Source: Acanthaster planci
Lineage: Eukaryota
NCBI RefSeq assembly: GCF_001949145.1
Contig: NW_019091359.1
Location: 186,001 to 212,651, forward strand
Length of the DNA stretch: 26,651 nucleotides
Reading direction: 5' to 3'
Shown piece after piece: positions 12,579 through 23,592 of the stretch (positions within the stretch are counted from its first letter, which is position 1; each line of letters starts with the position of its first letter). A program made the position numbers and the translations under genes. Under the pieces are notes generated by a model that did not search any database, was not told the DNA's origin, and saw only the letters and a list, made by a program, of their open reading frames with translations.

Positions 12579-12674
12579 TGACAGACTTCCTCTTTCTGAT
12601 TTATTGCATGGTGAAAGTGTAGTGGCTGGGATCGTGTCCTTGCTCTGTGAGATAATGAGTTGGCCGAAGAGGCA
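12579..12674 (-). CDS. Candidate 96-nt symmetric cassette exon in the LIMK intron (ASSANSLSHRARTRSQPLHFHHAINQKEEVC)
   Basis: Acceptor agtttcaattttgcag|, donor CA|gtaagc, length divisible by 3, open in the phase-2 frame required after exon 2. No recognisable homology. Confidence 0.25.
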
Positions 12675-12932
12675 CTGCAAAATTGAAACTCAAAGGACTA
12701 ATTGCCTTTAAATCAATTGCGCTCAATGTAATGGACCTTGGCATTCCCAACTTGCAAGCACCATGCTCTTATATGGGAGACACCTAATATGATCACGCCT
12801 GGTCGGAAGGGAGGGTTGAATAGAGTAATAAACCTCTATAACATGATCGGGAGGAAATTTTCCTTTTTTTCCCCCATTCTCCGAGGGATATATTAGTCTA
12901 ACTCTTTCAACCATACAATTTTTCACACATCT

Positions 12933-13191
12933 GGGTCATTCCATGAGGTTGGGGCACAATTTGTGACGGTGTCAATTTTTATACGGGTTCGATAAGAATG
13001 AACAGCTATTTCCCTGCGTGTGGATTCCTAATTGACATTGTTATACATCTGGCAAGGCTGAATACAGAGGTGTGTGTTATGTTTACAGAGTAAATGACCT
13101 ACTCTAGTCTACAGGTCATGACAGGTGGTAAAAGTTTTGGATGTAACAAGGACACCGTCACAAATTGTGCCCCAACCTCATGGAATGACCC
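12933..13191. mobile_element. MITE, Sola2-like (259 bp)
   Basis: Perfect 41-bp TIRs GGGTCATTCCATGAGGTTGGGGCACAATTTGTGACGGTGTC and a perfect 4-bp TSD ATCT (12929-32, 13192-95). GRG..CYC termini with a 4-bp TSD suggest Sola2. Confidence 0.9.
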
Positions 13192-13744
13192 ATCTCTGAA
13201 TGTCACTTCCGAGGCCACAAGTACTGATGATGGGTAACCTTGGGTAAAGAGAACAAAAAACTCGTGTTTCTAGTTTTGCCAAAATAAGGAAGGGTTTTGC
13301 TTTAGGCTTTTTTTAGTATTAAAAATGTTGAGGGAACAATGTGTACGTTGAACTTGCAGCAACATTTGCTTCTACTGTACTTGTAGACTGTACCGGTATG
13401 CGTGCTTAATAGGCTTAATTTGGCAACCAGAAACAGAAGGCACGAATGAGGCTGCACCGGTTACACCCGTGGGCAGGCAGTCTGCATGAATTCGTGTGCC
13501 TCTTTGACCAACAACTTGGCCTGATTTGCCAAAAATGAAAATACACGCGCACGCCAGGTTTAAGAATGCCTGAGTGATATGCAATAGTTTCAAGTCCTTT
13601 TCTGGAGTAGCCAGTAGTCAAGTTTTAATTTGAAAAATTCCTCAACCAATGTAGTGATGACCTCCACGGCACACATGTAAAATGTACACAGTGTGGATCA
13701 TGGTTAACATCAATGTACATGTACATCACAGTCAGTGTTGTATT

Positions 13745-13864
13745 CAAGTCCAGTCACAAGTCCCTTCACAAGGCCAGTCACAAGTCCAGTCACAAGTCCA
13801 GTCACAAGGCCAGTCACAAGTCCCTTCACAAGGCCTGTCACAAGTCCAGTCACAAGGCCAGTCG
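13745..13864. repeat. 12-bp minisatellite, about 10 copies (CAAG(T/G)CCAGTCA)
   Basis: Direct inspection. The variant CAAGTCCCTTCA occurs at units 2 and 7. Confidence 0.95.
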
Positions 13865-13892
13865 TAAGTAATAGGATGAACAATGACAAAAG

Positions 13893-13953
13893 AATGTTTT
13901 TGTCACAGCTCATGTGAATTTGTCACAAATGTTTTTGTCACAGCTCATGTGAA
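13893..13953. repeat. 26-bp direct repeat AATGTTTTTGTCACAGCTCATGTGAA x2
   Basis: Copies at 13893 and 13928. Confidence 0.85.
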
Positions 13954-15208
13954 CGGCTTGTGAATTGGCTTAAGACTGAATGACTAGTGATGGACTTACA
14001 GGGACTTGTAGGTACAATATGGTACAAAGGTCAACACCACAAATGTCTTGATTACCAACTGTCTTCAAATGTAGAGTAAATTTCCTTGATCTGCAAGACC
14101 ATGATGAGATCTGTTAGCATACATGTACAATGTATGTACCAGTAACTTTCACATACCGGAGTCTTTGTGCACATTTTTGGAAGACAGCCAAATTTGCACA
14201 ATTTGTTTTTCAATTTCTTTCAGTTGACATAGCCGATTTGGCAGTTTGCCAGCTTCGCATGTATATTTGACTGCCTTTACAATAGGCTTCACTACCAAAT
14301 AAAGTGCTGGACTTGAGAAGGAACCAGACGATCTCTTTAAATTGTACCAAATACATAAAATGTGCTGCTGACAGCTAAAGTGGACAGGAATTGAAGTGAC
14401 ACTTTTCCATCCGACCACACACATTTTCTGTCTAATATGTAGAAAATGTTCATATCTCACAGAGTAACAGATCCATTCTCTAGGGAGAAATGTGTCCATC
14501 TACTGCTGTATTGTCACCAGAAGAACATGAGATTCAATGAACTGAAAAAAAAAGTGGGGAAAAAATCTGGGCCCTTTCTTGTGTAACTGGACAAATTTAG
14601 GTCTAAGCGAAAAATTGTCAGAGAGCAAGCTGTAGACAGAATATTCCTCACATCACACTCAGACTGGTAGCCTGCTCCTGCTAAGCAAATATTGTGCATA
14701 TAGAAGGGTGCTTAGCAGCCCTGCTTGCAGTCTGGATCTCAAAATCTGTACCACTGCTTAAGTAAATGTTGTCTGAAGACTACCTTCCATAAACAACACC
14801 AACTGAAATTGGGGCACGAACTATACTTCAACAACTAGTCAATAGCTTTTTACATGTGACAATGTGCGTACACGCTATACAGTCACGCTTGAATGACCCC
14901 AGTTGTACTATTTTTGTAAACTCTCACCGTCACTCACATTTTGCCATTGGCTGCATCTCTCACAGTGTTTACGGTCAAATGACATTTCATACAATTTATT
15001 ATTTTCATGTGAAAGGTTCCGTCCATACCAAGGAAACCGGGTTTTGATAGCAAGCAGAGTGACCATGTACAGGGGCCTGGTTCCAAACAGTCAATTACAT
15101 GTAGCATACTGTAGATGGTCGGCACCATCAATCAGTCGGGCAGTGTTGGTCGAACCACGATTAACTACAGTCTTCGCTAAAACTCGCTCTGAGAAATCTT
15201 AAACTTAC

Positions 15209-15302
15209 AAGAAACAGCGGATGTGCCACTCTGATTCCAGTGCTTGGACAAGATGCTCATCCACAATTTTCTGTGAACAACTGATGCACACTGGGTCCTG
15301 AC
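15209..15302 (-). CDS. LIMK: LIM domain kinase, coding exon 2 (first half of LIM1: GQDPVCISCSQKIVDEHLVQALESEWHIRCF)
   Basis: Strong acceptor tttctgtgttttttccccacag|, donor TT|gtaagt, 94 nt, phase 1 to 2. The CxxC-x16-H-xx-C LIM pattern with the QAL..WH..CF signature matches LIMK1 ([28 protein letters not shown], recalled). The rest of the gene is left of the window. Confidence 0.9.
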
Positions 15303-17158
15303 CTGTGGGGAAAAAACACAGAAATGCTCGGGTTCAAATGTATTATTAAGATGGTTTGAATTAGCGGTTATTTGGGCGTCAGTTTTGTGGTGATTCAAAA
15401 TTAACTAAAAAAAGAATAGGCCGAAGAAATGGGGAATAATAATTATATAACTCACTGTTACTTGACTTTCTCTTGTTAATTAGATTATACAAATTTATAC
15501 CATTGACGAAATTGAATGATTAAATCGGTAAAATGGATGACAAAAAACGAATCTGCTTTTCCAATTCAACACCATTCCCAGAGTGAGACAGAAATGACAA
15601 TAGATGGGACAAATAAATGTGTTTTTTTTCCCGGAGTTACAATGCTCTGTCCTCTCTGATGAAATTAAATTTTCGTTAAGCAATTTCAATGAAAGAGGTG
15701 CTAAATTAACCAGGAAAACCTACACTTAAATACTGGTTGAAGTACCGGTAGTTCTATGCGAAATCTGCAAAACTCTAGAAATGAGTAGATTTTGAAGTAG
15801 ATTTTGGAAGATCTTGTTGTTTTTTAAAGTGGACAGCCCAACTGGGACAATGTGTAAATTTACCCCTCTGTGAGGGATCTCAGTTCTTTTGTTCGCAACA
15901 GTACAATCATGCACAATCAACCAATGAATGCTCTTGGAATACCCAATAACTGTTTTCAGTAATGAGCCTAGTTTTTATTGTTCAATGGAATATTTCTGAA
16001 TTCAGAGGACAAAATTTGGCCAAGAAGTCCAAGACTACTTCTCATTTTACAAGCTATTCTTTCATTCATTTATTCTTACGCAAGAATTCCTATTGCTATG
16101 GGGGAAGATGACAAGTACATGCACATGTTGTACCGTAATTCCAGCTCAGTGCTTCAAAGGTCAAAATATCCATGAGTCGGATGGACATGGCTCAAAAGCA
16201 TAAATCTGTCCACATCCTGTCCGACTCATTTCTGTAATTGTTCAGATGAAAAGAAGGCCGCAACATTCCAAGCCGAAACTTGTCCAAATACAGGCAGATA
16301 CACTGGGCTTTAGAAAGCGAAAAGTGATTTTGGACTGACTGAACTCAACGACCCTGAGACTTCATGATTCACAATGGGAAGAGGAAATGAACCCCATCAT
16401 AAACTGTTCACTTGCGTACTACAGATCGCTATTTGTGGAATCACAATCCGGAGTCAGTCAAAATTATCAACCTCCTTTTTTAAATTGTGATTTGTGTCCC
16501 TTCGAAATTTCTTTGGATCAACACATACAAGCCAATTTTCAAACTCTTAAAATTAATTTGGAACAGATTTGATACAGTAATAATCTACTTTTTAAATGTG
16601 AGTGAACGCAATGGTACACCAGTCAAAATTAGAGCTGTGCTTCCTATCTAATATTGGATCAATTACACGTGTATTATTAATGTACATATATTTGAAGCAA
16701 ATTTTCCAACATTTTCCAACATTAGGAAAGATTTTACTTTAACAACCCCACCAGAATTGGTAAGAAACACCAAAAACCTTGTAAATAACTATCCAGTCGC
16801 GTTCAGAGTTATATAAATGCTAGGCACAATCTCTCATTTCCAGATTTATTTCAGTAAAACAGGTAAAAACTTGGGCAGAAAGGAGGCCTACCAGAACACT
16901 TGGGGTCACCATACAGTGCCAAGGACATCTACCATAAAAACTGAAACTTTCTTCCCCTGTACTGAATGAAGATTTTCTGATAAAAGTCAGTCTTAAAACT
17001 GAAGGTTGTGCCAAGCATTTATATAATTCTGAACACAACCGGACAGTAATTTTCGCAGATTTCGCTGTTCCAAACTGATGTTAGCAACGGTGTTAGAGTC
17101 AAATCTTTCTCAACATTAATTGAAGCAGATGCACATGTACATGTGCAGTAGATGATGA

Positions 17159-17426
17159 TGTTATGCCCCAACTGTAGCATCAGTCCCAAATATAGTTGGG
17201 CCGGCCCAGCTACAGCACAGAGATCAAGTGTGCACGTGCCAAAGTCATATTGTTTAAAGTGTCAAGTCATAGATGAAGCACCATATTTTAGATGGATTGT
17301 GTCACGTGTGAGACTCGTAAACTTGGATAAGTTTGAGAAATATTCTACAGAAAGTGGTCAACAATAGTTGGGCCAGCCCAACTGTAGAACTACAGTTGGG
17401 ACAGATGCTATAGTTGGGGCGTAATA
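17159..17426. mobile_element. MITE family A copy 1, Ginger-like (268 bp)
   Basis: TIRs TGTTATGCCCCAACTGTAGCATC / GATGCTATAGTTGGGGCGTAATA, internal CCCAACT(A/G)TAG repeats, flanks ATGA/ATGC. Homologous to 19642-19913. Confidence 0.85.
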
Positions 17427-17571
17427 ATGCTGTAGCTTTGTGTGGTCATGTTTTCACCGTCACTGGTACCAATTGAAGAGGTTAGATGACTTAAAATACA
17501 CAATGCCATGATACTGTGACTAGCAGTAAGTTCTCAAACAGGTGGTTATGTCCATTGCATTTCACTATTAA

Positions 17572-17986
17572 CCCCTTCACGCCGGGACGCGTTAAGCAAC
17601 GCCGTAAAAATTGAGATCCTCAGCCCGCTTTTCAGCTATTATTCTCGGCCCACGCTCGAGCAAACACGGTGAACGAAGGCAGACCCTGGATCTTGTGTAT
17701 ATGGTAATTGTCTTTGTGTGTAGCCCAGAAATGAAAAGACCGAATTTGCATTATAATCACCAGCTTCACAATAGTCCCCACTTTGAAAAGAGGCAACGGG
17801 AATGTGGAAGCGTGAATAGAGCCGCATGCTACCGAACAATGAGCTTTTTCTCTGTGTAATTCAAAGCGTGCAAAGCACGCTGGGCCACAAACCGAGAATT
17901 TGCAGTTTGGCAGGTGGCCTTTGTGGCCAAGCGAGGCTGGAATTCTTGGAGTCGGCTTTCGGAAAGAAATTCCCATCGAGAAGGGG
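17572..17986. mobile_element. piggyBac-like non-autonomous element (415 bp)
   Basis: TTAA on both sides. TIRs CCCCTTCACGCCGGGA vs CCCCTTCTCGATGGGA (13/16). Confidence 0.8.
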
Positions 17987-18973
17987 TTAAGAGATGTCCC
18001 AGTTATCAGTGGACCACATACAACTGGTACAAGCTTCCTGTAGTGCATGGATTATTAGTGCCACTTTTTACAATTTTTTTAAACTCAGAAAGTAATGAAT
18101 TGCATTGTTTTTCCAGTTTTTCCCTGACCCTGCTGGTGATATTTGTGACATTTAAAAACAGAGCTGGTCAAATACGCAATACGGAATTCATCATTTTCCC
18201 CTCTTTCCAAAATCATAACTTTTATGCACGTTCCTGACTTGAGATTTTTAACACCAGTATTTCCGATTCAAGAAGACAGGTTTGGGATTTTACACTGTAC
18301 AAAACAAAATCAGGAAATGTGACTTTGCAAGAACTTCAAGGAAGTGTCTACCCATCCGAAGCTGCCTGAACTAATGTAAGTTACGAGCAAAAGCAAAACA
18401 GCTCTTTTTGCTATATAGTAGTAGGCCTAGTTGAACTGGCCTTTTATGATTATACCGCAGCATATCTGTCAGAAATAAACACTCCTGGCGCAAAATTACG
18501 GGAGGTGAAACACTACTATTCAGTAACTGGCTAATAATGAAATAATGAAAAGAGATTTACGAAGTAAATGTAATGTGCCTAACAGTTAATTACGGAAAAG
18601 GTAAGTTTTCAGTTGAAATTTAAAATTAAATTAATTTAACCTAATTTCATTTAAATTTCTCAACCTTCTCCAAGTTTTGCAGCTCACACCAAATAGATTT
18701 CATCTAAAACATGCAAATGTGGCATTTCATCCATACTAGAAATAAACATTAGATTCTGCTAGCATGCCACGAGTTACTGACATTAACGAAATGCAGTTCA
18801 CGACATTGACACACACGTACATGTACACCGCACACGTCTAGGGGGCTGTAGCTGGACCGGCGCAACGCCCAGCAACTGTAGAACGTAAACATAGGTCTAC
18901 ACCGCACTGTGTCAAGTTGAGCTGGCCTCTTTCCCAAATTTAATGGCCTAACATTACAAGTTCAATACATTAC

Positions 18974-18989
18974 CTTCCTCTGATCCCAT
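18974..18989 (-). CDS. LIMK: LIM domain kinase, first coding exon (MGSEE + 1 nt, phase 1)
   Basis: Minus strand reads gtcaac ATG GGA TCA GAG GAA G|GTAATG, with an in-frame upstream TGA. The phase-1 donor joins the 15302 exon to give MGSEEGQDPVC, resembling human LIMK1 MGEEGSELPVC (recalled). Confidence 0.8.
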
Positions 18990-19370
18990 GTTGACAACTT
19001 TATCCCATCAGCATATAAACATCAACCTTACAAGTCAAATCCTCCTCCTTTTGTGTGAGGAACGTCATGCTCAACCGTAATATGATGCATGCTGCACTTA
19101 AGTACCTCATGTTGATCACTGTACCGATACATGTACATATACATTGCATGTGTGCAGTGCAATGACAACCCGGCCCATTTTTTGCACCACCCACATGCAC
19201 CGTTCAATCGACATAGCGCCACCAACTGACAGTCGAATTAGATATTAAGTTAGACTGGCTACCTAGCTTGTACACTTAAGCTGGATACACATGTTTAACC
19301 GAAATGTGTAACGCCTAACTACATTGGCAGAGATTAGGTACCAGTCGTCATTTTGTCTTCAGTTAATGAA

Positions 19371-19536
19371 TGGCGCGCCTCTCAGATCGTTTTGAGGTTT
19401 TGGAGAAACGTGCGGTGATGGCGGGACCCTTTGAATTTGAAGTTTGAAATCCCTCAAATCAAGTTAAAAATAATCGTCATGAAGCAGTACTGCTTTTGAG
19501 GGATTTATATGTTTGACACTCATTTAAGTTGTAAGT
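19371..19536 (+). promoter_or_regulatory. Cell-cycle (E2F/CDE-CHR) promoter and putative non-coding first exon of BRIP1
   Basis: TGGCGCGCC at 19371. GGCGGG (19420-25) + 4 nt + TTTGAA (19430-35), with further TTTGAA at 19436 and 19443. GTAAGT donor at 19531 could pair with the acceptor at 21321. Confidence 0.6.
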
Positions 19537-19641
19537 AAGCGTGAAAGTGTATTATTACGATTACTTCTGATCTTGTACTTAGGAGTTTAGAATTAGCCTA
19601 TGCCTAGGCCTACCACCTGACCATGCTGAATGTGATGCTGT

Positions 19642-19913
19642 TGTTACGCCCCAACTATAGCATCAGTCCCAACTATAGTTGGGCCCATCCCAACTAGAGT
19701 GCTACAGTTGGGCCGGCCCAGCATGTGCCAAAGTCATATTGCTTACAAATATCATGTCATTGGTCATAGGGCTAAGTGCCACATTGACTTGGATAATGTT
19801 GAGACATTTCCCACAGGCATTGGTCAACAATAGTTGGGTCAGCCCAACTGTAGCACTACAGTTGGGACTGTCCCAACTGTAGTTGGGACTTATGCTATAG
19901 TTGGGGCGTAATA
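19642..19913. mobile_element. MITE family A copy 2, Ginger-like (272 bp)
   Basis: TIRs TGTTACGCCCCAACTATAGCAT / ATGCTATAGTTGGGGCGTAATA and a perfect 4-bp TSD CTGT (19638-41, 19914-17). Confidence 0.9.
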
Positions 19914-20430
19914 CTGTGACTTAGCTCACGCGTAGTGGGCGTCGTCTAACGTTAACATTGCATTGCGACTTGTAGTGTAAATGAAGACATGTAAAAGACA
20001 CAGTCCGTGTAAATTATTCTTAAAAAAACTTTAAAGGACAAGAAGTATTGTTCATCTCTAAATTGTAAATTGTGGCTGGAGATACTCCTACTGTGAGAAG
20101 CTATTTAGTTAGCCCCACTAGTGTGGCACGGCCTCTCACTCCCGATCCATCCTTAGCCACACATCCGTATACGCAATTTTGTGTCGGCGTACTGAACATT
20201 TTCGGCACACCAACTTATCATCGTGGGTGCAATTTCTTTTACACACGAACATGATCCTTGACCTTTCCGCTTTCTAAAAACCATTTATTGAATGATTTCA
20301 CTCACTTTATTCAGGTATTTTCCAGTCTTTTTGCCTTTATCCATTCAATCTAACGGGCTCGCTCTCTCAGTCGCCATCTTTAAAATAAGGTCGTTGAACA
20401 TTACGTCACTTGACCCCTCATCGTCTTGAC

Positions 20431-20546
20431 GGCTGTTCCATGTCAAGGCATATGTAATACACGGACTGAGCGATAAGATACTACATGTACCAATGGGCTC
20501 TTCCAAAACTTTGGCAGCAGTTTAGATGTCTTGACATGGAACAGCC
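20431..20546. mobile_element. Short MITE/foldback (116 bp)
   Basis: Inverted repeats GGCTGTTCCATGTCAAGGCAT / ATGTCTTGACATGGAACAGCC (20/21). No clean TSD. Confidence 0.65.
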
Positions 20547-21340
20547 ATCTGGAATTTTAGAATTTTTTCAAGTTACAATCCAACCAAATAATTTTCACGA
20601 TCCGGAACTAGGAAAACGACTGCCTGTTACATCTACTTCCAGCAAACTGTGTGGGGTCCTCACGTCCGCCGCAATCTCATGAACACGGCAGATGACCAAC
20701 CCCACAATTGTTGGGGTAACTCTGCAAAGTCTGTAAGTTGGATGAAATGAGAATGCCAAGGATGCGCATGTGCACTTGTTCAGTGTTCTGTTGGTGTTTT
20801 TTTTCTCCAGGCCTGATGCCCACCATGTGTTGAAATGTGATTGTGCGTACAACACATCTTTCATTGTGTCAAGTGTCATGCCTAACGTAGACCTTAGCAT
20901 AAAACCTTTTCATACACAGATTTGATAAAACTTAGATGTTTGCAATGCAATATGGGGTTGGTCGGACGACAAACGAATAAAAACATTTAGTTTAGTTTGT
21001 CATTCAAACCCATACGGACATCGGCAAGGTTTATTGCTGCTACCACTTACATTTATGAGATCTAAAAACCTTGTGATTACATGGACTTGGTTTTTCATTT
21101 ATGTTGTGCAGTGTTGATCAAAACTTAATTAAAAGTCACAGAACTTGCCTCTCAAGGCTCAAACAAGGTAAATTGATAGTCACATTTATATTTTCCTACA
21201 TTTATGTGAAATGTGACGCTTCAGATCTAATGATGCCCTCCGATCTAATTTTTAGCAAGCCTTACTTTGGGGGTAAGCAGTGTTTTGTATCATTGCTTTA
21301 TTTTGTCTCATTTGTTACCAGGCAACTACATCCTGTCACC

Positions 21341-21451
21341 ATGGCAACAGGAGGAGTAGGAGTGGTTCAAGGAACCTCCTACACCATAGGTGGGGTGAAG
21401 GTGGACTTTCCCTGCAAGGCGTACCCAACTCAGCTCTCAATGATGTCCATG
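21341..21451 (+). CDS. BRIP1: BRIP1/FANCJ DNA helicase, coding exon 1 (MATGGVGVVQGTSYTIGGVKVDFPCKAYPTQLSMMSM)
   Basis: YTIGGVKV.FP.KAYP.QL.MM Q-motif region typical of FANCJ rather than RTEL1/DDX11/XPD. ACC ATG G start, acceptor ttgttaccag| at 21321 upstream, donor ATG|gtgagt in phase 0. Confidence 0.93.
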
Positions 21452-21609
21452 GTGAGTTATGCTGAGATAGGGATCTGCAGGTATTTCAAGCTTTGACGTC
21501 CTTCCATTCACTTTTATCCATGACAGCCTTGACTTCATTGCTGTCTCGTCCTTTGTCGTGTTACAGCATACCTAAGAAGCTCTTGAGTAGCCTCTTGTGG
21601 AGTGTTACA

Positions 21610-22130
21610 GGTTCAGAATAGCAGATTGTGCACCATTGCATCTTTAGTGCCGTGACAGTGCCCAGATATTGCTTCACCTGCATAAATCCCTGTCATCTGA
21701 TTGGTGGATCGTTGATCACACGGCATTGAATTATTTTTTACTAGCACGCAGCTGGCGAATGGGACGCACATGCAGAGTGTAAAACATTATAAGAACTGTG
21801 CATTAGAAATGGATAACAAGCACCTCTGGATGCACTGCAGCTTCTGCGTGATGGCGCTGTAGTGCAAAATATTTACAGCAACACGGCCGACTTAGATCCG
21901 ATGTTCGCGATGTTAACTGACAGAGAAATTGACGAGCTTGTCAATGCAGCTTATGTTGCCTGCACTAAGAGACAGATAAAATAGGCTGCAAGTGAACCAA
22001 TCAGATGACGAGGATTTGTACAGGTGTTTTGTAAAACAAATAATGAATCATATTCGCGCGATGGTAAGAATAATGGCACGAGTGAGAGATGAAACGGTCT
22101 GTTCCACAAGGCAAAGACCATTTCATCTGT
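21610..22130 (+). mobile_element. Crypton-like (DUF3504-type) non-autonomous remnant in a BRIP1 intron; boundaries approximate
   Basis: Internal inverted repeats 21675-21705 / 21996-22026 around a decayed ORF FAMLTDREIDELVNAAYVACTKRQIK*A (21901-21987), resembling the N-terminus of Crypton/DUF3504 proteins (recalled). Confidence 0.55.
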
Positions 22131-22271
22131 CATCTGGATCATACATAGCTTCTGTCTAACTGCTCAGTCATGTTGATGGTGATAGTCTCCGTCTCCCCCC
22201 AATTAAACTTTTTCCAGTTTTCCCGAGGCTTTCTTGTGTTGTATGTAACATGTTCATGTTAATCTTGTCAG

Positions 22272-22383
22272 ATTATCAAGGGGATTGAACGGCATCAGAA
22301 TTGTTTGCTAGAAAGTCCGACCGGCAGTGGCAAAAGCTTAGCCCTTCTGTGTTCCTGTTTGGCGTGGCAACAGAATGAATATA
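22272..22383 (+). CDS. BRIP1: BRIP1/FANCJ coding exon 2 with Walker A ([37 protein letters not shown])
   Basis: cttgtcag| acceptor, A|gtaagt donor, 112 nt. [22 protein letters not shown] is helicase motif I of FANCJ. Confidence 0.95.
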
Positions 22384-23088
22384 GTAAGTGGTTCTGGTTG
22401 CCGGGTATGTCAGTCTTGCCATGGCAACAGAATAAATATAAAAACTAAATGCAGTTGACTAAATTTCCATGACATTGTAACCGTGAATACTCAACAATTA
22501 AATATGACACAGAAGTGTGCGAATGTCAAGTTTTCTAAAGTTTGCATTTTATCAAGTTCTGGTATTTGCAAAGTGTCATCTATTTTTATTTAGGTAAAAT
22601 AAGGTTTGTGGTCGATAAAGAGAAGAAGCATGTAGGTACAGCCATTGATTTACCTTCCTGCTGTGCGTAAACTTGGTCAAGAAAATGGTTGGTCAAAACA
22701 TACTAGCAGGATCAATGTCATTTTATCGTTACCAGCTTTATTTTGATAGAACAAGGTCATGCAAATGGCAGCACACTTCCCTACTTGTATAAATGTTAAA
22801 AGTGCCCAAAGAGTCACAAAAACACCATGGAGATTTTGCCATTTGGCCTTTCATCCTTACATTTCCTTCAGATAGTTTGTCTGATCATTTCTGCTTTTGG
22901 TTGGGACAAGTACCAAAAATGGCAGACATCCAAATGTAATTTCACGCTCTATTCTGGCTTGGTGTGGTAGTAGACGTAACTGGATCATTCTTGGTCAGGT
23001 TTACTGAATTGGTTAAGAATGCAGGTGACTTAAACAGTTAGAAACTTGTGCGTGTTAGGCTTTGATGTGATTCCATTGTCATTTGCAG

Positions 23089-23136
23089 AAAAACGTAACG
23101 AAGAGGATCTTGAGGCAGCTTCGTGCGAACAAAATG
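23089..23136 (+). CDS. BRIP1: BRIP1 coding exon 3 (KKRNEEDLEAASCEQN)
   Basis: ttgtcatttgcag| acceptor, G|gtaaga donor, 48 nt, phase 1-1, open and in frame with both neighbours. Confidence 0.75.
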
Positions 23137-23592
23137 GTAAGATCCTTACGCTGGCTGTAACCCTTTACCAAAGAACCAGATCTGGATGCATTTATACTAC
23201 AATAAAGCAGACAGACTTCATCACATTAGAGTGTAGAACCAGGCAAAATTAATAGCATTCTGTAACAAAAAATTCTGGTGTAAAGATATTGACAATATTC
23301 AGAGCTTATAAGAGCTGAAATATGCCTTCCACTTCCCTAGTTTTACTCAAAGTGAAGGGCACATTTCCTGGGAAAAGTTCAGGCTGTATTAGAAAAATCA
23401 AAAACAAATAGTGCAAAGCTTCAAAAATCACTTGTGAAAAATAAAATAGCTTTAAACACCCCAAATTGTCACGCCATTTCTCACGTTTGAACTGCCCTGA
23501 TATCCAGTTAAGCGCACCTTAACTGGAAGTCTCTCAAACTGTTTTTCTGATCGTCAGCCCCTCGGAGTCGTTATTTTCTGGTTTGTCTTCAG

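Noticed and set aside
13682..13917. Repetitive ORFs (SQVQ, PVTS, TGLV) and a CRISPR-like appearance
   Set aside because: Artefact of a 12-bp tandem array with no unique spacers, in eukaryotic DNA.
16172..16229. ATGAGTCGGA..TCCGACTCAT hairpin as a pre-miRNA
   Set aside because: Short imperfect stem, more likely a transposon remnant. Cannot be supported without reads.
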